Shown in pieces: positions 58,195 through 64,000 of a stretch of DNA of 64,000 nucleotides. Position numbers and translations under genes: made by a program. The stretch is from Christensenellales bacterium (lineage in GTDB: Bacteria > Bacillota > Clostridia > Christensenellales > Aristaeellaceae): NCBI GenBank assembly GCA_040776985.1, contig JAXGZL010000003.1, positions 54,970 through 118,969 on the forward strand. Direction: 5' to 3'. The first letter of the stretch is position 1. Each line of letters begins with the position of its first letter. The notes beneath the pieces are model-generated. The model saw only the letters and a list, made by a program, of their open reading frames with translations. It did no database searches and was not told where the DNA came from.

Positions 58195-58882
58195 AGCCAA
58201 GGAAGCAGTCGAAAAGGCTGAACAGGTGATTGACAGCCAGGACGCCAAGGAACAGGACGAGGCTGTGGAAATAGACCCCAAAACCGGCAAGAAAAAGAAA
58301 GAAAAAAAGAAGAAGACCGTGGGACAGGAAATACTGAGCTGGGTGGGCACCCTGCTGCTGGCGGTGATCATCGCCATGGCCATTCGCGCCCTGCTGTTTG
58401 AGCCCATCAAGGTGGATGGAGAGAGCATGATCAACACCCTGCAAAACGGTGAGATCGTGCTGGTGACCAAGCCGGATGTGCTGCTGAACAAGCTGAAGCG
58501 GGGCGATGTGGTGATCTGCCGCTTCCCCAACCGCAACAAGTCCACCAACTTCAGGCTGGGGGCGCCCCTTGATGTGGCCTTTGTCGGGCATGAGCTGTTT
58601 GTGAAGCGCCTGGTGGCGCTGCCGGGCGACAGCGTGGCGAGTTTGGACGGCAAGCTGTATGTGAATGATGCCCTGGTGGATGAGAGCTATGTGGATTATC
58701 CCAGCCGCGGGGATTACCCCCGCCAGGTGCTGGGGGAGGATGAGTACATGGTGATGGGGGATAACCGCGCTTCCAGCCATGACAGCCGCTCACGGGATGT
58801 GGGCCCCATCAGCCGGGACATGATTGTGGGGCACGCCGCCTATGTGCTGTTTCCCCTGAACCGGATCAGGAGCATTCGCTGA
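58169..58882 (+). CDS. lepB: signal peptidase I
   Basis: Box B GESMINTL (catalytic Ser), box D VKRLVALPGD (Lys), box E GDNRASSHDSR. Lys/Glu-rich N-terminal extension. ATG at 58169 is 7 nt after AAGGAG. Confidence 0.88.
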   Translation: MTDQNMKNEAKEAVEKAEQVIDSQDAKEQDEAVEIDPKTGKKKKEKKKKTVGQEILSWVGTLLLAVIIAMAIRALLFEPIKVDGESMINTLQNGEIVLVTKPDVLLNKLKRGDVVICRFPNRNKSTNFRLGAPLDVAFVGHELFVKRLVALPGDSVASLDGKLYVNDALVDESYVDYPSRGDYPRQVLGEDEYMVMGDNRASSHDSRSRDVGPISRDMIVGHAAYVLFPLNRIRSIR

Positions 58883-58902
58883 TCAGATGGCAAAACAAGA
58901 AA

Positions 58903-59172
58903 ATGGCAGGAGGAGGCGACAGCGTCGCGGTGGATTCAGGCAAACTCTATGTCAATGATGCCCTGGTGGAAGAAGCCTATGTGGATTACCCCGGCTGGTC
59001 GGACTATGCTCGCCGGGTGCTGGGGGAGAACGAATACATGGTGATGGGGGACAACCGGGCGGCCAGCCATGACAGCCGCTCTTGGGATGTAGGCCCCATC
59101 ACGCGGGAGATGATCGTGGGGCATGTCTCCCTGGTGGTTTATCCCTTCGATAAAATCAGAACCATCAACTAA
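58903..59172 (+). pseudogene. 5'-truncated tandem copy of signal peptidase I (C-terminal third only)
   Basis: 89-aa ORF that aligns residue-for-residue with the lepB C-terminus (GDSVA..GKLYVNDALV.E.YVDYP...GDNRA.SHDSR). It lacks the TM helix, the catalytic Ser box and the Lys box. Confidence 0.65.
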
Positions 59173-59195
59173 CAGGCATTGCAAACGCAATTTTA

Positions 59196-59216
59196 AAGCG
59201 CCCCGGAGGGGGCGCT
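59196..59216 (+). terminator. hairpin after the lepB fragment (weak terminator)
   Basis: AAGCGCCCC-gga-GGGGCGCTT with no clear T-run. Confidence 0.35.
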
Positions 59217-59245
59217 TCACCTATCAGGACAGTCAGGAGGAAGCA

Positions 59246-60661
59246 TTGAAGGCTTGGGTTCAAAGGCTGATCAGGCGCATGTGGGCAGTTCCGGGGATAT
59301 CCGGAGAGGAACTTCGCAGCCTTTATCAGGAGGCGATCCGGATTGCCTGGCCTGCCGCGCTGGAAGGGCTGCTGATCAGCGTGATCAGCGCTGTGGACAC
59401 CATGATGGTGGGGGCCATCAGCCCGGCTGCCATTGCCGCGGTGGGGCTCACCGCCCAGCCCCGCATGATCCTGCTGGTTTTGACCCAGGGGCTTAACATC
59501 GGCACCACTGCCCTGGTAGCCAGGCGGAAGGGGGCGGGCAATGAGAAGGGCGTTATCGCCTGCCTGAACCAGTCCCTGTACATCAGCGCCTTGGTGGGGG
59601 TGATGATCACGGTGGCCGGCTTTTTTCTGGCGGAGCCATTCATGCGCTTTGCCGGGGCCAATGAGGAAACCCTGGGCCTTGCCACCAACTATTTCAAGAT
59701 CATCTCCCTGGGCTTTGTGCCCACCAGCATCCACCTGTGCATCTGCGCCGCCTTCAGGGGGCTGGGGAAAACCCGGGTGACCATGTTCACCCATCTGCTG
59801 GCCAACCTGACCAACCTCCTTTTCAACTTCCTGCTGATTGCTGGCCGGCTGGGCTTCCCAAGGCTGGAGGTCAACGGCGCTGCCATCGCCACGGTGCTGG
59901 GCAGCCTGGCTGGCGCGCTGCTGTCCCTCCATTTTGCCAGGAACCCGGACATGGGATTTGCTTACCGGCTGAGGCGCCCGAAGTTTGACCGTGACACCCT
60001 GTCCGGGCTGATCCGGGTGGGGGGATCCTCGGTGATGGAGGCCAGTTTTCTGCGGATCGGCTTTCTGCTGATCACCAAGATCATCGCCAGCCTGGGCACC
60101 CTGTCCCTGGCCGCCTATCAGATCGTCAGCCAGGTAAGCGCCCTGTCCTTCACCCTGGGGGACGGCATCGCCTCCGCGGGAATCGCCATTGTGGGGATGA
60201 GCCTGGGGGCAGGCAACAAAGCCCGGGCTAAACAGGCGGTTTATGTGGCCAGGCGGATCTCTGTGATGGTGTCCCTGGCGCTGATGGCGGTGATTATTGT
60301 TCTGCGGCGCGGGCTGGCTTCCCTGTTTACGGCGGACCAGGCGGTGATTGCCGCCGCTTCCACCGGGTTTTTGATTGCCGCTGTCTCCATCCTGCCGCAA
60401 AACGGACGGGTGGTGTATTCCGGCTGCCTGCGGGGGGCGGGGGATGTGCGCTATGTGGCGCTAACCTCCCTTGTCAGCGTGGCCATCCTGCGCCCGCTGC
60501 TGACCTGGCTGTTCTGCTTCCCGCTGGATAGCCTCCTGCCGCAGCTTCACATGAGCGCGACCGGCCCCTGGCTGGCCTTCCTGCTGGATGCGCTGCTGAG
60601 GAACTATCTGCTGGCCAGACGGGTGAAGGGGGAGGCCTGGACGCAGGTGCGGCTGCAATAA
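59246..60661 (+). CDS. MATE-family efflux transporter
   Basis: 12 TM helices with a MatE-type N-terminus (AWPAALEGLLISVISAVDTMMVG). TTG at 59246 is 6 nt after AGGAGG; the alternative ATG is at 59279. Confidence 0.85.
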   Translation: MKAWVQRLIRRMWAVPGISGEELRSLYQEAIRIAWPAALEGLLISVISAVDTMMVGAISPAAIAAVGLTAQPRMILLVLTQGLNIGTTALVARRKGAGNEKGVIACLNQSLYISALVGVMITVAGFFLAEPFMRFAGANEETLGLATNYFKIISLGFVPTSIHLCICAAFRGLGKTRVTMFTHLLANLTNLLFNFLLIAGRLGFPRLEVNGAAIATVLGSLAGALLSLHFARNPDMGFAYRLRRPKFDRDTLSGLIRVGGSSVMEASFLRIGFLLITKIIASLGTLSLAAYQIVSQVSALSFTLGDGIASAGIAIVGMSLGAGNKARAKQAVYVARRISVMVSLALMAVIIVLRRGLASLFTADQAVIAAASTGFLIAAVSILPQNGRVVYSGCLRGAGDVRYVALTSLVSVAILRPLLTWLFCFPLDSLLPQLHMSATGPWLAFLLDALLRNYLLARRVKGEAWTQVRLQ

Positions 60662-60739
60662 TGTTCCGGAACTGGTTTTTTGATGTTTTTTTATTCATCG
60701 CATGTCCATATTGGGCGGACTTGGAGCAATAAGGGCAAA

Positions 60740-60762
60740 GGGCGGATTGACGCCCTTTTTTT
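60740..60762 (+). terminator. intrinsic terminator after the MATE gene
   Basis: GGGCG-gattga-CGCCC followed by TTTTTTT. Confidence 0.65.
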
Positions 60763-60775
60763 CTCGTGATAGGAT
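60747..60775 (+). promoter_or_regulatory. sigma-A promoter of the cstA leader (extended -10)
   Basis: TTGACG-17 nt-(TGa)TAGGAT. Confidence 0.5.
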
Positions 60776-60781
60776 CCCTGC

Positions 60782-61044
60782 ATATCCAATGCTGTGACGG
60801 GAGAACGGCAAGAGGAGCAGGGTCAAGAGAGCTGCCGGTGGGTGCGAGGCAGTCCCTGAAGTCTTGGCCGACTGGTCCCCGAGCAGGCCGCCCAAAGGCA
60901 GCGATGCCCAGTAGACCGGCCCGCCTCATCCCCGATAAAGGATGCCCGGGCTGGATGGCCTGGAGCAAAGAGGACTTCCTGGAAGTCAAGCAGAGTAGTA
61001 CCGCGGGATAACCCGTCTCTGGCAGTGATGCCGGAGACTTTTTT
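60782..61044 (+). promoter_or_regulatory. T-box-like transcription-attenuation leader
   Basis: Stem I with an AGAGAG bulge and GGTG...GAG distal loop (60823-60852). Stem III at 60973-60987. T-box-like AGAGTAGTACCGCG at 60992-61005. An antiterminator alternates with the terminator GTCTCTGGC-agtgat-GCCGGAGAC-TTTTTT (61015-61044). Confidence 0.55.
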
Positions 61045-61074
61045 ATATAGAAGTTTGTAGCAGGAGGAATGTGT

Positions 61075-62760
61075 ATGAACGGATTGACCATGATGTTGAT
61101 TGCCATTGGCGCGTTGGGGGCGGCGTATCTGCTCTACGGGCGCTACCTTGCCCGGAAATGGGGCGTTGACCCCCATGCCAAAACACCGGCCTATGAACTG
61201 GAGGACGGGGTGGATTATGAGCCGGCGGACACGGCGGTTGTGTTTGGCCACCAGTTTGCCTCCATCGCAGGCGCGGGGCCCATCAACGGGCCCATCCAGG
61301 CGGCGGTTTTTGGCTGGGTGCCTGTGCTTCTGTGGGTTTTGCTGGGCACCATCTTTTTTGGCGCGGTGCAGGATTTTTCTGCCATGTACGCCTCGGTCAA
61401 GAACAAGGGGCGCACCATCGGCTATATCATTGAGGAATACATCGGGAAAACCGGGAAGAAGCTGTTTCTGCTGTTCTGCTGGCTGTTTTGCATTCTGGTG
61501 GTCGCCGCCTTTGCGGATGTGGTGGCCGGCACTTTCAATGGCTTTACGGCGGAAGGCGAAAGGATTGCCGCCAATGGCAGCGTGGCCACCACCAGCGTGG
61601 TGTTTATCGCGGAGGCCATTGCCCTGGGATTTTTGCTTCGCTATGGAAAGCTGAAGAAGTGGACGAACACGGTGATCGCCATTGGTCTTTTGGTGCTGGC
61701 GGTGGCCATTGGGCTGAACGCGCCGATGTTTGTCGCGGCTTCCACCTGGCATATCCTGGTGTTTGTCTATATTTTTGTGGCCAGCATCGTGCCGGTGTGG
61801 TCGCTGCTTCAGCCCCGGGACTATCTGAACAGCTACCTGCTGGTCTTTATGATTGTGGCCAGCGCCGTGGGGATTTTATTCACCAATCCGCAGATCCAGC
61901 TGCCGGCCTTTACCGCCTTTCATGTGGCCGGGGTGGGGAACATGTTCCCGATCCTGTTTGTGACCGTGGCCTGCGGCGCGGTGTCCGGATTTCACAGCCT
62001 GGTCTCCTCCGGCACCTCCTCCAAGCAGATCAAGAACGAGCGGGACATGCTCCCGGTCTCCTTTGGCGCCATGCTGATGGAGGGCCTGCTGGCGGTGATT
62101 GCCCTGATTGCGGTGGCTTCCTTCGCCACTGGCCAGGCGGCTTCCATGGGATACAACACCCCGGCGCAGGTTTTCTCAGGCGGTGTCGCCCGGTTCCTGG
62201 AAGCCCTGGGCATGCCCCATCAGCTGGTGTTCACGCTGATCAACCTGGCGGTTTCCGCCTTTGCGCTCACCAGCCTGGACAGCGTGGCCCGGGTAGGGCG
62301 CCTGTCCTTCCAGGAGCTGTTTCTGGACGCCTCCATCAAGGATGAGGACATGGGGCCGGTGCGCAGGGTGCTGACCAACAAGTACTTTGCCACCCTCATC
62401 ACCCTGGGCTTTGGCTACGCGCTGGCCAAGGTGGGCTACCGCACCATCTGGCCGCTGTTTGGCTACGCCAACCAGCTTCTCAGCGCCCTGTCCCTGGTGG
62501 CCTGCGCCGTCTTCCTGAAGAAGACCAACCGTCAGGGGGCGATGCTCTGGGGCCCGATGGCGATCATGATGGCGATTACCTTTACCGCCCTGGGCATGAA
62601 GATTTACAGCTTCATCACCGCCATCGCAGCGGGCACCTTCAACCCGGCCACGGATTTGCTGCAGATGGTCTTTGCGGTGCTGCTGACCATTCTGGGCGTG
62701 ATTGTGGCCCTGCAGGGAATCGCCAAGCTGACAGAAAAGCATCACACGCAGGCAGCGTAA
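61075..62760 (+). CDS. cstA: carbon starvation protein A (CstA-family peptide/pyruvate transporter)
   Basis: Polytopic membrane protein with the conserved GHQFASIAGAGPINGPI segment. ATG at 61075 is 7 nt after AGGAGG. Confidence 0.9.
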   Translation: MNGLTMMLIAIGALGAAYLLYGRYLARKWGVDPHAKTPAYELEDGVDYEPADTAVVFGHQFASIAGAGPINGPIQAAVFGWVPVLLWVLLGTIFFGAVQDFSAMYASVKNKGRTIGYIIEEYIGKTGKKLFLLFCWLFCILVVAAFADVVAGTFNGFTAEGERIAANGSVATTSVVFIAEAIALGFLLRYGKLKKWTNTVIAIGLLVLAVAIGLNAPMFVAASTWHILVFVYIFVASIVPVWSLLQPRDYLNSYLLVFMIVASAVGILFTNPQIQLPAFTAFHVAGVGNMFPILFVTVACGAVSGFHSLVSSGTSSKQIKNERDMLPVSFGAMLMEGLLAVIALIAVASFATGQAASMGYNTPAQVFSGGVARFLEALGMPHQLVFTLINLAVSAFALTSLDSVARVGRLSFQELFLDASIKDEDMGPVRRVLTNKYFATLITLGFGYALAKVGYRTIWPLFGYANQLLSALSLVACAVFLKKTNRQGAMLWGPMAIMMAITFTALGMKIYSFITAIAAGTFNPATDLLQMVFAVLLTILGVIVALQGIAKLTEKHHTQAA

Positions 62761-62774
62761 AACAGGAATAAAAA

Positions 62775-62805
62775 ACCGGGGCCTGTCATCATGACAGGCC
62801 CCGGT
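62775..62805. terminator. bidirectional intrinsic terminator (cstA / recA)
   Basis: Perfect 15-bp palindrome ACCGGGGCCTGTCAT-c-ATGACAGGCCCCGGT, flanked by AAAAA upstream and T-rich sequence downstream. Confidence 0.8.
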
Positions 62806-62815
62806 CTGTTGTTGT

Positions 62816-63889
62816 TCAATCCTCTTCCGGAGTGCCCTCGTCCTCACCTTCTGTGTGGGCGGACAGGTTCAGGCTCTCCCGGATCGCCTGCTCGATCTCC
62901 TGGGCGATTTCCGGGTTCTCCACCAGGTATTTCCGGGCGTTTTCCCGGCCCTGGGCGATGCGGATATCCTTGTAGGAGAACCAGGCGCCGGATTTCTGCA
63001 CCAGGTCCCGCTCCACCGCCATGTCAAGGAGGGAGGATTCCTTGCTGATGCCCAGGCCATACAGCAGGTCAAACTCACAGACCCTGAAGGGCGGGGCCAC
63101 CTTGTTCTTGACCACCTTCACCTTGGTGCGGTTGCCGATGACCTCGGTGCCGTTTTTAAGCTGCTCACCCCGGCGCACATCCAGGCGCACGGAGGAATAG
63201 AACTTCAGCGCCCTGCCGCCCGGGGTGACCTCCGGGTTGCCGTACATGACGCCCACCTTTTCACGCAGCTGGTTGATGAACAGAGCCACGGAGTTGGTCT
63301 TGCTGACCACGCCGGCCAGCTTGCGCATGGCCTGGCTCATCATGCGGGCCTGCAGGCCCACAAAGGTGTCGCCCATTTCGCCGTCAATCTCAGCCCGGGG
63401 CACCAGGGCAGCCACCGAGTCCACCACCACGATGTCAATGGCGCCGGAACGCACCAGCGCTTCGGCGATTTCCAGCGCGTCCTCGCCCGTAGAGGGCTGG
63501 CTGACATACAATTCATCAATGTTGACCCCCAGGCGCTTGGCATAACTGGGGTCCAGGGCATGCTCCGCGTCAATGAAGGCGGCCAGGCCGCCCATCTTCT
63601 GGGCTTCCGCGATGATGTGAAGCGCCACCGTGGTTTTACCGGAGGACTCCGGGCCATAGACCTCGATGATGCGGCCCCTGGGGATGCCGCCCACGCCCAG
63701 GGCGCTGTCCAGCTCCAGGGAGCCTGTGGGGATGACCTCCACCTGCAGTTTGGGCTGGCCACCCAGCTTCATCACCGTGCCGCGGCCGAACTGCTTGTCC
63801 AGCGCCGCCAGCGCCCGGTCCAGGGCCTGGGTCTTCTCGTCCTGCTGCGCCCTGGCTGCTGCCTGGGCCTTTGTCTCTTTTGCTGCCAT
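62816..63889 (-). CDS. recA: recombinase RecA
   Basis: GPESSGKTT Walker A, L1/L2 loop regions, and an acidic C-terminal tail, 357 aa. Confidence 0.96.
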   Translation of the reverse strand: MAAKETKAQAAARAQQDEKTQALDRALAALDKQFGRGTVMKLGGQPKLQVEVIPTGSLELDSALGVGGIPRGRIIEVYGPESSGKTTVALHIIAEAQKMGGLAAFIDAEHALDPSYAKRLGVNIDELYVSQPSTGEDALEIAEALVRSGAIDIVVVDSVAALVPRAEIDGEMGDTFVGLQARMMSQAMRKLAGVVSKTNSVALFINQLREKVGVMYGNPEVTPGGRALKFYSSVRLDVRRGEQLKNGTEVIGNRTKVKVVKNKVAPPFRVCEFDLLYGLGISKESSLLDMAVERDLVQKSGAWFSYKDIRIAQGRENARKYLVENPEIAQEIEQAIRESLNLSAHTEGEDEGTPEED

Positions 63890-63910
63890 TGTTTTTCCTT
63901 TCAGTGTCTG

Positions 63911-64000
63911 TTAGTTGCTCGATTTATGCGGGATGTCCTGCTTGAAAATGGCCCGGCCATTGTAGAAATACTGCGCGCCGCTGATAAGGGTAAGCAGCGC
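63911..64000 (-). CDS. 3' end of an upstream gene (PgsA-like C-terminus), truncated by the window edge
   Basis: Minus-strand frame reads ALLTLISGAQYFYNGRAIFKQDIPHKSSN*. The hydrophobic ...SG..Y... tail and its position 21 nt before recA resemble pgsA. Only 30 codons are visible. Confidence 0.35.
   Translation of the reverse strand, partial: ALLTLISGAQYFYNGRAIFKQDIPHKSSN

Noticed and set aside
60782-61044. Alternative identities for the structured cstA leader: SRP RNA, RNase P RNA, tmRNA, 6S RNA, c-di-AMP (ydaO) riboswitch.
   Set aside because: The hallmark sequences are absent: no GGAAGCAGC SRP domain IV motif, no GAGGAAAGUCC or ACAGAAA RNase P motifs, no tRNA-like end, and no ACGGGGA/CCCA ydaO pseudo-symmetry. 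A terminator/antiterminator with ACCGCG fits a T-box best.
63890-63910. LexA/Cheo box (GAAC-N4-GTTC) upstream of recA.
   Set aside because: Only 21 nt separate recA from the preceding stop codon, and no such motif is present. recA appears to be co-transcribed with the upstream gene.

Overview
High-GC Bacillota (Clostridia-type) chromosomal segment, densely packed with housekeeping genes on both strands. All calls come from reading the supplied translations and the DNA by eye; no search was run.

Genes recognised:
- RNA and translation: RNase J, EF-P, L28, YchF.
- Replication and repair: DnaX, RecA, a YcaQ-like glycosylase.
- Nucleotide reduction: class Ia ribonucleotide reductase with nrdB and nrdA split 6 kb apart, plus nrdR.
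- Stress: htpG, and a Fur/PerR-family regulator with a peroxiredoxin.
- Transport and signalling: TrkH/TrkA, an OmpR/histidine-kinase pair, a nucleoside hydrolase with a sugar-type ABC transporter, a MATE pump, CstA.
- Cofactors: a cobalamin-riboswitch-controlled btuFCD-like transporter divergent from cobO, and the [FeFe]-hydrogenase maturases hydE/hydG/hydF with a TM1266-type regulator.
- Envelope: MltG, signal peptidase I.
- One complete rrn operon (16S-23S-5S, about 51.2-56.4 kb) with no tRNA.

I saw no CRISPR array, transposase, integrase, phage gene or recognisable defence system.

Most unusual observations:
1. A ~193-bp five-hairpin element is present twice, in inverted orientation 16.6 kb apart. 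Each copy lies just downstream of a stop codon (peroxiredoxin; nrdA), in the sense orientation of that gene. Differences between the copies are mostly loop-located or base-pair-preserving. Copy A is bracketed by a 25-bp direct duplication of a terminator hairpin.
2. A T-box-like leader lies upstream of cstA, with UAGU where the tRNA acceptor-binding UGGN is expected.
3. A stand-alone eRF1/Pelota-like (baeRF-type) protein.
4. An overlapping four-gene cluster of unknown function sits directly after dnaX, where ybaB-recR would be expected.
5. Smaller structural oddities: a 110-bp tandem duplication of the 5S 3' end plus terminator, a truncated tandem lepB copy, a double-rubredoxin ferritin-like protein, and a perfect CIRCE in front of htpG.

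None of these is demonstrably a new system from sequence alone.
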